Assembly (NCBI GenBank): GCA_044892505.1
Contig: CM097883.1
Coordinates: 250,604,001-250,668,000, forward strand
From: Schmidtea nova
Taxonomy: Eukaryota
DNA length: 64,000 nucleotides
Direction of reading: 5' to 3'
Below, one piece after another: positions 49,101 through 64,000 of the stretch; within the stretch, counting starts at the first letter, position 1; each line of letters opens with the position of its first letter. Both the position numbers and the translations under genes were made by a program. The notes under the pieces were generated by a model that saw only the letters and a program-made list of their open reading frames with translations, ran no database searches and was not told the origin of the DNA.

Positions 49101-52100
49101 TAAATTAAACACAAAATCAAGCAAAAATTAACTAAAAAGTAATTATTAAACTTTTCAAGTCTAATCCGATGAAGTAGTTAAGAGATTTTTTATTTTTATA
49201 ATCAACCGCTTATAGAAAGCAAGTTCATGATGGTTTATGTCTCATATTAATTTGATCATGAAAATATTGCTACAAAGAATGCCCAATCAAAACAACGTGA
49301 TCAAAATTAGCCACTTCAAACAGCAAGTATTTGTCATTACAGCTACAAAAGACCTAAATCCTTTGATTTTGTGCAAAATTGCGCGAATTCCTATTTGTAA
49401 ATAATTAGAGACTTCTAAAGGCAAATCAGACTCTTATCTATTTTTGAACATTTTTTTCTTAATGAATCTAAATAATTTGAAATATAATATGCATATTATT
49501 AAGTAAGCCACGTATAAATCTTTCTTGTTATAATTAGTCAATTCTAGGACAAAATCCCCCTAACGAAATCTTTTTTTATTATTTACTCTTATCTCAAATA
49601 ATTCTTGTTTTCATCACAAATAAAATAAGTTTATAAAATTTAATGTATACAAAGACAGAATTTAAGTGCAAAAATTAATTAAAATTGTAAGAAATCAAGA
49701 AATTAATATCGTTCGGAGAGAAAAGATATGAGAGAGTCGCGAATGAAAATTTAAAGATGAATACATTATATGTCTCTATATATTGCAATTCAGAATTAGA
49801 TATTAATTAATTAAAATATTTGTTAAGGATACCTAAATAATAAATAATATTATAAATAATTTGAAAAACTTGGGGAAAACCGATAGGTGATCGAGCTAGC
49901 ATTCTGGAACTTGGAGAAAAAACGCAAAAGCAAAAAATTGAGAAATGATCAAAGGGTAAAAAAATAAAAAAATAAAAGAATAAAATAGAGAAAGGTCACT
50001 TATAATTAATTAGTGCAAGAAAATTAAAAAGAATTCCGAAATTCGAAAACGAAAACAAAAAACGATAACAAACCCGGTATCTCGACAGCTGTCAAAGATA
50101 ACACGGGAACTTGGAAAAACATTTGGGAAATGCCTGAGATAAAAAGGGGGAAAGCAAATTATTCCGAGTGCTGAACTGTTATGTGTAAAACGGGTGCTAA
50201 AAAGAAAAAGGGAAATGCCAGCGGTAGGAATGGTAAAAAATAAAAAACTATCACAAGTGCCGGAGAATGGCAAACTATAAAAAAGAAAATACACCAGTTT
50301 TAGACAGAAGTTTTTGTGAAACGAATTTGTAGCAGAAGTTTGTGGAGTTTTTGGCTCTTCATTTGATTAAGGTTAGCCAGGCCTGAACTAAAGATAAGTG
50401 AAAGGAGATTAATTAATAAAATGTGAATATTAAAAAAATGATCTAGTATTTATAAATAAAATTCATGATGCATATCTCGATCAGATCAATTTAACCATTT
50501 TCTATTCATTAATTATAATAAACAAAGTGTACATTTTGAGGGATTGCTAAAATTAATTAATCATATATGTTGGGAGTTTCGTTATTTATTTGATTAAATA
50601 CCAAAATGGGCCGGCAATTATTAAGGCAACAAGGGTAACGTTCTATTTTGACCTCAAATTTGAAACATGTCAAGTATGCGTAACAGTCAGTGTTGAGAAT
50701 ATAATTGGTTTAAAACTTAATTAATATAATTATTTAACAATTTTTATAAATAAAACAATAAGTTAGACATTTCATTATAAAATGCTATAATCATAAAAGA
50801 TAATTTGCGATAAAAATTCTAACGTTTTCGCTTTGTTTCATAGCTATATTTATCATCAGGATCTTCATGAGAATATTCACTAATATCGTCTTGACTATTG
50901 GATGAATGCATTTTCGATTCTAGTGGATTTCTACCCGATTTCTTTACGGACAAATGTGGAGAGCCTTGCTGATTTCCATAGAGAATCGCTTCATTGTCTC
51001 TCTTTCCTGATGTAACCGGTTAATTGAATTAAAATAATATTGAATAAAAATAGTCATTATATTTCATTATAGGACGAACAATTATTTGTTTTGTTAATTT
51101 TCGAAACAATTTAATCCTTTATAAATAATTATTTATATATTTATATAATTATTGAAATTTAATTATTTAAATAATTATATTATTGTTTATATTCCTTTAT
51201 ATATAATTATTTACATATTTATATAATTATTGAAATTTAATTATTTATATATTTATATAATTATTGAAATTTAATTATTTATATAATTATATAATTATTT
51301 ATATTTCTTTACATATCATTATTTAAATATTTATATAATTATTTATATTCCATAGTCTTTCTATCTCAATAACCTGTCTGAGATAATGAAATTTTCAACA
51401 ATTTTGGTTCAAAATAAGAACTTTATAAGCGCAAAAGAAATTTGTTTTAATCAAAAGAACTATTAAAAAACATAATGAGGAAATAAAATTTATTATTTAA
51501 AAAAATTAATAAAGATGGGGAATATGGAATCAAAAATAAATTAATAAATAGAAAATTTACTTAATTAACATAAATAAAAAATTACTATTGAAAAGAAGAA
51601 TATAAAGAAATTTTATGAAGACCCAAGTAAATTGATATTTGACATTGTGTAAATTTTTCGTAAACTTAAAAAAAACTTGTGAAGTCGAAGCTCAAAAGCA
51701 ACATATTGAATGTCACTTATTACGCGGAAATGAGACACGTATTACAGCACTTAGCAGCGATGTAGTAAGTTTTTGTTTGATGTTTAATACTTTAATATTA
51801 AAATGGGATTTTAATTTTTAATTTAAATATAAATATGCTTTTTAGTAAAAATTTGAAGATTTTTCTAATTTCTTTGTTAAAGGGTAATATTTTAAAAATG
51901 TTTATTTTAGTGTAAATTTTATTTAAATGCTAATTTACGTTTTTCAATGAGATTTCTGAGCACAAAGAATTGTTAAGAACATTCAAGATATCCGAAAAAT
52001 TTCCAAAAATCATTTTCATTAAATTTTAAATATCTGCAATAAGCGAATTCGAACTTAATTTATGTCCTTATGTGTTTATTTTTTATACAACTGTCTGCAA

Positions 52101-52249
52101 TTAACGGCCACAAAGACATTTATTACAGACAGTTGGTGAGTAATAATATTATGTTTTTTAACTATGTTTTAAGCTATTTTAGCATATTTTAAATTAAATA
52201 TTTTTGAAATACTGAAACAAGTAAGTCATTATAATTTTTATTTGACAAT

Positions 52250-52860
52250 AATTGTGTTCCTTTTTCTTCATTTATTAGGCTGATTGAAAGAAGCCGAATT
52301 TTTTCAGCTCTTTTAGGTTTAAAATCAATTTGACAGCCAAAATCTTAAATATTTTCACCCAGTTCCATTACTTTAATTAAGAATTTTTTTCTCATGTTCT
52401 GTATATCTTTGAAAAATTAGGTTAAAAATTCAAATTTATTTTATGTTTTTCATGATTTCCTTCTACAGTTTCGGCTAGTTGAAGAATAATAACTTCATTT
52501 TCTGCATTTCAAAAAGTATTTTTTATTAAATATTTTAATTTATTTTTAAATTTACATTTCTCCTTCATCCTCTCCTATAAATGGTATTGTTGATTTTAAC
52601 GAAACTTCTAAAATGTCTTCATAAATCATTTTATTTTTTAATTTTAAAATTATTTAATTAAACATTGTCACTTAATTTATGTCCATGTGCTTGCATTTTT
52701 TATTATAGGGTTGTGTATGTGTGTGTGTTTTTGACCTAATTTATTTTTCTTCTCTATAGTATAGGCCCGTTTTCTTATGTTTGTCCTTATCTGCAGGAGT
52801 TATATATATTTTTCTTTAGATAATATAAATTATTATTATAGATACTTTCAAGTGTTGCCA
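52250..52860 (-). repeat. Second copy of the 38.6-39.5 kb intron-containing relic
   Basis: gaagacattttagaagtttcg...ccatttataggagaggatgaaggagaaat|gt and YTEHEKKFL align with the first copy; upstream non-coding sequence also aligns. Confidence 0.6.
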
Positions 52861-54055
52861 AATTTTTTTGTCCTGCATTATCTGAGACTTCAAATTGATC
52901 TAAATTGCAGTGTAAATATGTTTAACTGTCTATAAATTCAAAATAACGGTATTATCTTTTTAGCTTCTGAAAAGGGAAACATTTTGGAAAATTATTTTTG
53001 GAAATATATGAAATGTTATATTAAAATTCATTAAAATAAAACTTACGACGTTATTTATTCATTTATTCGACATCTTCCCTGGGAAATATTCCAAATTTTA
53101 CCCAAAAACCATATTTTAAAAATAAATAAATTTATTATAGATCTCTTAATCGCGTAAAATCATTTACTTTATAAAGTTTGTATGAATTTTTCACTATGTG
53201 CTTTGTTTGTGTGTATAATTTATTTTTTCTTCCACTTTTTCTATCATATAATAAATATTTTCAACCATCTAAAGTCAAAATTTAACATCAACGTAAGTTT
53301 TCATTTGATATTGCTAATTTTTAACTTATATTATTGAATCTCTAAATGTATAAAACAGGTGTATGTACTTAATTTATGACTGCATTTAATTTTGTTCTAT
53401 CTGAAGTAGGTATGCATTTTTTCTATATCTATTTTGCTCGTAATTTATACTCTTTTTATATTAAATATATGGCAGTAGTCAGTGAGAAGCATGTTATTCA
53501 GCAAACTTGTGGATTTTTTTTATAAATTTGGTCAAGAAAACAACTAGCTAAGAGTGTATCTAAGAGAAGTCATTAAAATTTTGCGTTTTTAAAAGTCGAG
53601 TAAAAGTAATTGAGATAATATTCGATATTGTTATTTTCATAATGTTTTATAAATTTAATTAGTCATTCAATAATACTTCGTTATTAAACTGATTTATTTT
53701 ATTCAAAATCTTGTATAAAAGTAATTTACCATTAAATATTGCAGTAAGGGCTTAATGATTTCTGGTTTAGTGGTCAGCGTTAGAATATTAGGGTCAAGAT
53801 GATATTACATAGAATGTTGATTCCACTGTAATGATATCATGATAGACATTTTTATAAATTAAAATTTCAAATCGTTCTAAAACACATACAAAGAACTGGA
53901 ACAGTTGTTAAATTATCATGATTTTTAAAAGTGTTGTTTAGTGGGATAAAATCAAAAAATATTATTAGTTTCCATTCTTTGGCTGCTTGCCAAAATTATG
54001 AGCCCGTATACCAAGTCTTCATTAGGGGGGGTTTGTTCCTGTCAACTCACAACTA

Positions 54056-55349
54056 CGTGGTTGCTTCACGAAGTACCTGCACTCGATATCAAAAATAAGA
54101 GATATTATAATAACTTTATGCTTCCGTTGTAGAGAATTTATAAAAGGTTAGAAATCTTCATTTTGTTTTATTTAACCAATATTTGTTTAGAGCAAATATT
54201 TAATCAATCAAAATATGGCAATTTTAAGCATTGAATATCGGTCGGTGATTAAGTTTTTTGTAATGTGCGAGGCTTCAAGATTAGAGATATTAGCAATGCT
54301 CCAAGAGACGTATAAAGAAGACTGTCCATGTGATTGAACTATTTATTTTTGGATTAGTGAATTCAAAAGTGGAAGAATGTCAGTTATTGATGAATCAAAG
54401 CAAGGAAGACCGATTGAAATTGATGAAGACAGAAAGAAAAATCAGATTGAATCGTTAATTAAAGACGAACGAAGGATTACAGTAAAAGATTTGGCGAAGT
54501 ATGTCAATGTCAGTGTCGGTAAGTGTCATGAAATGATAAAAGAGATGGTGTGCGGAAGTTGTGCAGCAGGTTTGTTCCTTATTTTTTATCAGTTGAATTG
54601 TGTGAAAAAAGGCTAATGATTTGTGAACACAATCTTGCACTGTTCTAGGAACATGGTGAGTCATTTTTGAAAAACATTATAACGGAAGACGAGACACCAC
54701 TAAGTCTTTATATTCCAGAAAGTAAAAGATCTTCAGCAGAATGAAAGTTTCTAGATGAAAAGCCGACAAAGAAGCTGAAATCTCAACCATTCACCGTCGA
54801 AATTTGATGCTCTCGATTTTTTGGGATAGTGATGGAATAATCAATATTGATTTCGCAGATAGACAAGTTAAAATTAACAGTGTTTATTATTCTAATCTCA
54901 TTGAACAAACTCGGAAGCTTCGACGAAAAAAGAAAAAAACAAATTTGTGGCTGCTTCACGACAATGCTCCAATTCATGCATCAAAACTTGTGTCGGAGAA
55001 AATTGTTCGATGTGGCTTTTCAACATTGGAACATCCTGCTTATAATCCTGATCTGGCTCCAAGTGATTTCTATTTATTTAGACATTTGAAGAAACACTTG
55101 GCTCGTAAATTCTTTGTTTCTAGTGATTCGCTAAAGGAGGAAATAACAAAATTCTTCGACGAAAAACCAAAATCGTTCTACGATAACGGGTTTTTAGAAC
55201 TTCCTGTTTGTTGGAAAAAGTGTATTGAGAACAATGGCTCTTACATTGAAAAATAAGCCTAGACATGTCGTAGATTCTAAAAATAAATTTGTTTTGTCAA
55301 TATCTTTTGTTTTTGATACCGACTGCAGGTACTTAATGAACCAACCACG
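54056..55349 (+). mobile_element. Full-length mariner (1294 bp), transposase pseudogene 54215-55256
   Basis: ~50-bp TIRs TA|CGTGGTTG...GATATT; EYRSVIKF, ITEDET, LHDNAPIH and HPAYNPDLAPSDF motifs. Confidence 0.95.
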
Positions 55350-56981
55350 TATTTCTAGCATTGACGATGTAATCCTGGATTAAAAACGCAATTAATATGG
55401 AATTAATTTTTGATTAAAAGTGAAGCAGAAATATCATCGTAAATTTTAAATTGGAGAAAAATTTTAATTCATTTATTCAAATATTCAAATCAGATTTATC
55501 TTTTTTACACACCAGATTGTGAAGTAAATTAAAAAAGTAACTTAAATCTGTCCGATTTCAGAATTATTTTTAAATATTATAGAATTATTTGATATATTTT
55601 TTACTCAACAAAATTGAATTGTCAAAATGTGATTTATGAATTAACCGCCATGAGTTTGATTATGTCATAATTTTATCGTCGTAATTACATTCTATCCAAT
55701 CAAAAGAAACAGATTGATATAATTAATATTATAATTATTTTTTATTAATAAATTAAAATTTTTTTAAAATTTAAAATAGTTTAATTATGAATTTTGAAAT
55801 TTATTTATACTTTTATTAATTTTGTAATATATTTTTGTAATATATTTTGTAATAAATTTTAATTTTTAAATGAAGGAAAATATTTCATGTCATAAATAGT
55901 TCATTAAGCTTCTTTTTAAAATTGTGAAGTAATTGGGAAGTAATAAAAAAATAATCCGAAAAAAATTTAATACATGTTTATTTATAACATTTTTTATAAA
56001 GCTTAATATTTTGTGTACATAATGCCATAACGACGCCACTTAAAATAATTTACTACTTATTTATACCATTTTTTAAATGTCAAATACAGTGTTAAAAGTG
56101 GAAAACCAAATTATATATATATATACATTATTCAAACAAAACAATTATTATTGCAGAAACACCGTATAAAGGTCATTAAAAACAACAATGACCACAAAAA
56201 ATATAACAAATTTTCAAAGATGTTTACTAACTGTCAATGCATTTCTTCGTTTTCATTGTCAGATATAAAAGTATGTATTTTTTTTTATTTTCTATCTTGC
56301 TTTTCAACATAATTGTATGCCATAAAGAAGATTTTATACATTGTTAGCCAACCGTTAACGCACAGGTGAGTTTATTTTATATTATAGAATTTTATTATAG
56401 GGATTTTAATGCATGTTATACACCGTGTTTCACTCATTAGATTCAGCTATATAACTCGCGAGTGTGACAAACCCAAGGTAATTGGAAATCAATTTTTTTT
56501 AAATTTCATGTATTAGTTAACTTTTGTTGAGCTGGCAGAAGCGAGGTTCAATTTTTTTCCCAATTCGTCGAAAAGCAAATACACACAAAAAGAGGATAAA
56601 ATAAATTGCACGATAACACATAAGAGCATTAAACTGAAAAATAACTTAAGATTATATAGAATATTAAAGCGCAATATAGTAGGCATACGAATCGCATTTC
56701 ATAAATAGTTTGAGGTAGTGAAAAACCAATGAAAAAAATGCATCTCAAAAGAGATTACACAATTTGAGTGCAGGTCGGATTTATATACGAAGAACCGCAC
56801 GAGAATTGAATTGGGAATATCATTACTAATTAAAAGCATGATCGAAGAATAAGATTGTTATAAAAAAAAGAGAATAATTTATTAAAAATTAAAGAAAAAA
56901 CCCCCTTTAAAATATTGTAAAATTAACAGAAATATGAAGGAAAATAGAATAAAAATTAAATTTGATATTTTAAATTTGATT

Positions 56982-57813
56982 GAATTTAAGCATAAGATTC
57001 TCAAACATGTAGACAAGGATCAATTTAGGATTGTTTCCACATCTTGCAAAGTCAGCACTATATTCACTAATAAATGTCCAACGCCATTTGGTTTGTGTTC
57101 TTAGCTCGTGTATCAATTTTCATGTAATGGGTGTAATGCCACATACATTGGAGAGACTGCCCGTCATCTCTGCACCTGAGTTCTTGAGCATTGCCAACAA
57201 AAAGGACTGACTAATATTAGTGATCATTTTAGGAAATGTGTCAGTAAAAAATATGTATCTCTGATTTTAAAATTATTTCAAAAGGTTTCAGTAATTATTG
57301 GGAACGAGTAACTTGTGAGGCATTGTTGATTCGATATTTAAATCCAAAAATAAATGATCAAGTTGCCCGTTCCATGGATATTTTGAATGTATCTAAGTAA
57401 CTGAATGTTGAATGTTGCGAATTGTGTTTGTGGTATATTTATGTTTGTTTTTGTGAACATTTTCATTTTTTTTTTAAATTTGTAAATTGTATGATGAGTT
57501 TTAAATAAATTTTATTTTTGTTTATTAATTAATTTTTAAAATTTTATGTAATAAAATCTAAATGAAATTTTATTTTAAAAAATGGATGTTGAATTATGAA
57601 AAATGTTATATTTGCTTATTAATTTTTAAATTTTATTTTATAAAAAAAATTTAATTAAATTTAAAATTAAAATTTTGATATATTATGAGGATGATTATTA
57701 TTAATTAATTTGTTTAGATATTGCATATTTTCTATTTATTATTATTGATTATCCTGATTGCTGTCTGAAGAAGATTGTTATACAATCGAAATATATCGCG
57801 TTTATGTTGAATT
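56982..57813 (+). mobile_element. Second, shorter 5'-truncated Penelope copy (GIY-YIG + pseudo-LTR)
   Basis: Closely similar to 34857-35640; runs into an N gap. Confidence 0.9.
57762..57800 (+). ncRNA. Hammerhead ribozyme copy with a G.U-wobble stem I
   Basis: TGT-CTGAAGA-A-GATTGT TAT ACAATC-GAAA-TATATC-GCG. Confidence 0.7.
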
Positions 57814-59140
57814 NNNNNNNNNNNNNNNNNNNNNNNNNNNNNNNNNNNNNNNNNNNNNNNNNNNNNNNNNNNNNNNNNNNNNNNNNNNNNNNNNNNNNNN
57901 NNNNNNNNNNNNNNNNNNNNNNNNNNNNNNNNNNNNNNNNNNNNNNNNNNNNNNNNNNNNNNNNNNNNNNNNNNNNNNNNNNNNNNNNNNNNNNNNNNNN
58001 NNNNNNNNNNNNNNNNNNNNNNNNNNAAAATCTATTCATGCAATTTTTCAAAAACAAATTTAAAATTTAACTAAAAAATTCAAAGTTTACCCATTTAATT
58101 ATGTAAATAATAATTAACATTGAAAAAGAGTCAGTGAGATTTTAATATCCGTCGCTTATTAGAATTTGAATATGAGAAATATAAAGCTAAATAAATTTGT
58201 ATTATAAAATCAAGAAGTTTTCATAATAAATTTTTTTTTTAAATAAAAATAATATCGACAATAATTAAAAGAAATAAAAATATTTAAATTATACTGGGAT
58301 CTATTAAAAATTAATTCATAAACAAATTTATCAAATAAGAAATTTTTATATTATTTAAAAATATTATTTAATTTTTTTTTGTAATAAGGATGAAATTATT
58401 CATTAATTTCTGAAAAAAATTGAATTATTGATTTTGACAGCAGAGAATGACGTCGTGAATTTCACTTTTGTTTTAAATATATGCCATTGTTTCACATTAT
58501 TTGAAATTCGCATGAATTATATATTCGTTATTTTCAATCAATTTAACTATTTCACTGACTTAGTAAAACAAAATATTATTTATTTTGTAAATTTTATTTT
58601 TATTTTTGATTTCGATATCAAAGAAACGAAATAATTTATTTAAGAGTCAATTGAAAATATATTTGTGATAAAATATTAACATAATTTTGACCAAATATAA
58701 CCTAAATATTGTAAATATTTCTTCATTGAATGCTTTCGAAGCTACAAAAGTTTGCATTAACAGCCATTATCATACCGAAGTCATTCGTCAAAAGTTTTTT
58801 GAAATCGGTATAAATGACTAAATTTTCTTATGCATTGTTAATAAACTTTACCTTAATCGTATGGACAATTCGAAATGAATATTGGTATTTTTATATGATT
58901 TTTATTTAAAAGATAATCCGTCCTAATGTAACCTTTAATAACATAATTTACATATACTGGTGTAAAATATATAGATTTGCGCACTTTGGAAAAACAATGT
59001 AAATAGAAAGATTTCCAAGGCATTTGGTTTCGAAGAAACGAATATCATTTGCTTTTTATAAACCAATGATACAAAAACATTAGGTCTTTTTATAATTTAT
59101 GCTCCCATTCAAATTAAAAACAATTTGGCTCCTTTTTCAG

Positions 59141-59147
<7 letters not shown>

Positions 59148-59210
<63 letters not shown>
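59148..59210. repeat. (AT)n microsatellite
   Basis: Direct reading of the sequence. Confidence 0.95.
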
Positions 59211-59212
<2 letters not shown>

Positions 59213-59524
59213 TCGTATCGGGGTTGCAACTTTCATTGCTGATACCCCTAAAGCAAACGTTAATAAGAAAAATTCAAAAATAAACATTTATTTAAAAGAT
59301 ATCTTTCGTTGGTTAAAATTCTGCTTGTTGAAATTTTCTGCGTTTTTAGAATTTCAAATCAAATCTCATTTTTTCTTCTTTAAAACAAAACTTTTATATA
59401 TATATATATATCGATATTTTTATTTAATATAAATATGTTATATAATATCTTAAAATTATTTAAAATATAAATAAATAAATATATAAATAAATATATATTT
59501 AAATATATAAATAAATATATGTCA

Positions 59525-62500
59525 AGGGGGTCCCCTTCCGTCCGGGCCGCCATTCTCTTCACGGTCCTGTGGTTCCTCTCAACAATTCCGTTTCCCGATG
59601 GTCGGTAAGCGCATCGAAAAATACGACCAACACCCCACTTTGCACATAATTCCTCTAATTGACGAGACCTAAATGAACTGCGATTATCCATGAGCAACTG
59701 GCACGGAGGTCCGCGTTCTCTGACTATTTGTTCACAGATTCTAGTAATAGTCACAGCATCCTCGTTACAAATCTCTCTCCATATTGCGAATCTACTCGGT
59801 CCGCAGTCGATTCACGTCAAATAACGCTTATTCCGGCAGTGAGTCACTTCTAACGCCAATCTGGTGCAATTACACTTCACCGCCAAATTTCCAAATTTCC
59901 ATCTTACAGGTGCCGGATCTATCGTTCGACACTTAACACAGTTTGATATCACACCTTGTACCGCCCACGAGATACGTTAGGAAGCAAGTTCCTTACGAAA
60001 TACAGAGTTATATCCACTCCAAAGTGATGCGCCTCATGGCACTTCTTATTCTGTCGGATATCGATATAGTAGAACAACATACTTGTTTAACCCATGTAAG
60101 TCAAGCTTTCATAACTCTAGTTAAAACGTCGGCCTTGTTTTTCTCGGTCGGGACAAACTCCACAGCTGTCTTTAAGTTGTATGACAGTTGGAGTTCGTGA
60201 ACAATTTGTAGACGCCTACGAAATAGCATCTCGGAAGATCCGTGAGTTTTTACTCGATGACTATCTGTCAGTAATGACCCCAGCCAACTTTGGACCGTCG
60301 TAGAATCTGATTTCACGATTATCGACGACAGATCCCACTTAATCGCGAGGTTAATTCCTTTAATTACAGCATCGAGTTCAGCCACGTTTATATGCGCTGC
60401 GTCGTCTGTCTTTCTCATCCAAGTGGCATCCTCCACGATCTCTCCGTTGATTTCGAGACAAACTCCAAGAGCCAGATTGCTTGCATCACACCATACAACT
60501 TCATCTTTTGTCGGTGAAACATGCCAAACTCCACGAACTGGGTCATCTTTCTTAACGAGTTCGATAATTTCAGCTATTATCATGGAAGCATAATCTCCAA
60601 TTGTATCTTCCCACGTTGAACCGGTACTCTGGCGCTTAACATAACTACATGCAATCCGCAACCAGTCGGCAACCGGGTAGTGACCGACCAGCTGACCGCA
60701 CAAGGAAAACAGCTCCCTCCTCGTCATCGCTTCGTATGGTCCCATCTCATTGATTACGTTTCCTCTCCTCCAATATCTGCCTTCCATGCATCTAGAGATC
60801 TGTAATCCCAAAACTTTAGAAGTATCGATTTTTTCCAGTTTTTATTGCTAGCCCATATCTTGCCAGATAACGCACAACTTCGTCTAATTGTACTTTTGAC
60901 GTATATTTACAATGATATCGTCAATATAACTGTCGGTTGCCTCTTTAATGTCTGCGTAATCCTAACACTCTTCGCACTATGGCAGACATTATTTTCGGTG
61001 CTACATTGAGGCCGAAACCCAATCTTGTCAAAGCATATACCTTTCTTTTAAACCTGACTTTTTGAAAATTCCACAGATCGGGATTTATATGTATTTGTAG
61101 ATAGGCTTTGCTCAGATCGAGTATCTCGACGTTCTCTCCGAATCTTCGGCAACGCAGTAAAGATTCATCACAAGCTTTATTCTGACCCGTGTGGCTCGTT
61201 ACATATTTATTCAGTTCGCGATAGTCGAGTACTGGTCGTATTTTTCCTTTGTTAGACTGATTAACTGCCATTAATGGTAGTATACCATCAGAGTTTCCTT
61301 CATAAGGCGTTAACAAACTGTTCCTAATCCATTCTGTGATTTCCGTGTCGAATCCATTGCGTAGCTCTCGTTTTTACATGTTTTACCAAGTTCAGGAGGT
61401 TGATTTTTCCATTTCCAGCTCACTGTCCAATTGCCGGAAAGGAAATCGGCTTGAAAGTCTTCATCTCTTATTTCCAGAGACTCGGTATGTCGTTCGTCTG
61501 CCCTCAAGAAATCGGACTTTCTCCCCACAGAGCTGGCCAAAGGAAACGATACCCCTTGCCTTGATATATTCACCCCGCCAAGCATTCCTTTAACATCCAT
61601 TCCCAAAATTACACCAAAATCCCTTGGATGGTTTTCCATCACCAGGCAGAACACTGGCAGACTTGTCTTTCTAATAACAATGTTAACCTCGACGGTTCTC
61701 AAACTCTTGGCCAATGATCCATCAGCCACCAGCACACTCTCGCTCTTCCCATACGGTCCGCTGTCCAACGAGGACAAAATAATAGATTGGGTACAACCTG
61801 AATCTATTACAGCTTTGAAAGTCCTTCCGTTGACAGTTACAACAACAGTTTGCAGTGTCATTATTGCTTTTCCGGAGCGAACACTGGCGCACGTGTTACT
61901 CCGATAGCGTTTCCCGTCTGTTTCTTTGGGCACGATCGCGCGAGGTGAGCTTTATCACCACATATCCAACATTGTTTGTTTTTTCGGAAACATGAATCTT
62001 CATTGTGTCCTTTCTTTCCACAAAACGAACACATTTGGTCATTAGGATTGACAATTATTCTTTCTTTTACTCCCAGCATACAACTTTGCTGAGAAACTGC
62101 ATTACTTATCATAGCTCGAGCTATTTGTACGACCGCATCCATGTCATTGTTTCGATGTTCGCAATAGCCTGTAGTGACTGTGATATTGACGCTGGAAGTC
62201 CAGTAACGAATGAACATCTAATAACGACATCATTGACACCAGATGACTTACCCAGAGATGTTAGTTCGGCCAGATAAACATCGACAGGCTCGTTGCTCCA
62301 TGATCGATTCTTCAATTTCTCAAAGGCAAGAAACATCGACATAAAGAAGGCTCTTTTCATTGCTGCTTCGGTTTTGATGAAACTTCCTCTGACTTCATCG
62401 CTGAGATGTTGATACACCGCATATGCGTCTCCTTTCATCAGTATCGACAGAAACATCACCAGGTTCTCAATCTTTTGCATGAGAGCTATCGTTGGGAGAA

Positions 62501-62557
62501 CCATATCGTCACATCACCCGTGCCATCAAATTTTTCAATATATTTAATAACTTCCAT
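59525..62557 (-). mobile_element. Ty3/Gypsy-type LTR retrotransposon internal region (gag-PR-RT-RH-IN), degenerate, no LTRs seen
   Basis: Gag KFDGTGDVTIW and two CCHC knuckles; protease AVIDSG; RT IRPVLDYRELN, LDLSKAYLQI, YIDD; RNase H CDAS/NVAEL/SDS/NKAD; integrase HEAHH..CVKC, MDN, GIVERNHRTVKR, truncated near 59525. Confidence 0.93.
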
Positions 62558-64000
62558 GAATTTAGCCGCAATAGCTTGTAGTCGAACGCACAAGAATACT
62601 TTATTTTTCGATTAAAAAATTAACAATCACGTTTTTGATATTATTTAAACAAACACAATAATCAATTATCACAATCTATAGATCAAATTCTTTCATAATA
62701 TGTTCACAAAAAGCAGTGACATTTTGTTGCTGATTTTACTGTTGTTAGAAATTGAGATTGCAAAAATTTCGAGACCTTCAATTCTCAAATTTGTTATTTT
62801 CTTCAAGTGCTCCGATTAGTGGCTCTTAATGTTAATTTTCATCTTACTTAATTTTCTATTGTTTAATAGATGTAATGTTCTTTATAAAACTCAATTGTAT
62901 CTAAAATCGACTTCTTAATTTTCTGTCATTAAAATATTTAACCCCTCTCCCAGTACGATTGTATACTTCACAAAATTGATTCAGGTCGGTGGGTGTAGGA
63001 CACTTAGGATGATTGGTCTTTGTTTTTAATGTTCGCAACTGTTATTTTTAACTAAATTTTACTGAATTTCTAATTTTAATATTTACTTTATACCCACAAA
63101 ATTAATTTTAAGATATTTTATTAAATTATGTACAAAATATGTGATGCATAGAAATCGAAAGAGAATACGTTTCGAGGGCCACCTTATCTTTCAACTACAA
63201 TAATAACACGCTGTAATGTATTTTTGCATCTCAATTCTAGGGAAAATATCTGATAAGAGTTTAATGCAATTATAAATTTTGTCACATTAGTACCATCGGT
63301 GAGTGTCCGACACTCAGAGCTTCAAAAAATTTATCTTTTCGTCACAGAAAAATATTAAATCAGGCTAGGAATACTTAATTAATTTATCTAAAATCACAGC
63401 TACTATATATGTTGGATATAACAGTGTGGACAAAATAAAAATACATTCCGGGAGTCAAGCACGCAAGCGGCAGTACTCGATCAAACTTCTTTACATCTAT
63501 TTCATTTTTTTTCAAATAGATTATAAAATTATGTTGAATAAAAATATTTTTTTGACCTATAATCTTAAAAAAATGAAAATAAATAAAATTATTAATTTCA
63601 ACATTAGTTCAAAATCGTAAATCGTGAAATTTGTGTATCGTAATAAGCAATGCGAATTAATATCGTAATTATATTTTTTCCTATATATCGTAGCAAATAT
63701 TGTTAAATAATATCGTAAATTAGAAAACATATCAATATTCTACAATGTAAATTAAATGAGAAAACTGAAAATTAAAAAAAATATTACATAAGTCAATGAC
63801 TTTAATTATATTTTTAGTGTTATACTCTATATTTTATTAACATAATTAATTGAAATAAAATAAAATTTTGTTCTCTTTAAATTAATATTTAACATTCGGG
63901 AACCTTTATTTCAAAATGAAGTTTAAAATCATTGAAGGAGTGAGGAAAAACTCAAAGATTTACTGGCATGGAGACAATGGTCAACTTTTCTATTTTAAAA

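Noticed and set aside
49240-52140. Scattered possible host exons (49240-49400, 51639-51762, ~52090-52135)
   Set aside because: Could not be joined into a consistent gene or assigned to a family by eye.

Overview
AT-rich eukaryotic (invertebrate-type) DNA with short introns (mostly ~43-53 nt), dominated by mobile elements. The first ~33 kb is a nested cluster of one element class, which I label U, W and V. These have TG...CA ends (TGTTGGG-like termini) and 4-bp target-site duplications (TSDs), and are inserted into one another. I find no transposase or reverse transcriptase in them. They carry TATA promoters, small protein-coding genes of unknown family (one spliced and showing synonymous-biased divergence) and a conserved two-hairpin RNA-like element. 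One V-type copy appears to enclose a Polinton/Maverick-type protein-primed DNA polymerase B (pPolB). That gene has its own CCAAT/TATA promoter and three spliceosomal introns in its 5' part, is preceded by a 7x144-bp tandem array, and has no other Polinton genes nearby. The window also holds a hAT, a Tc1 relic, three mariners, two Penelope-like elements with hammerhead ribozymes, a Ty3/Gypsy internal region, a foldback repeat family and one prohormone-like host exon. All alignments and translations were done by eye; no database search was run.
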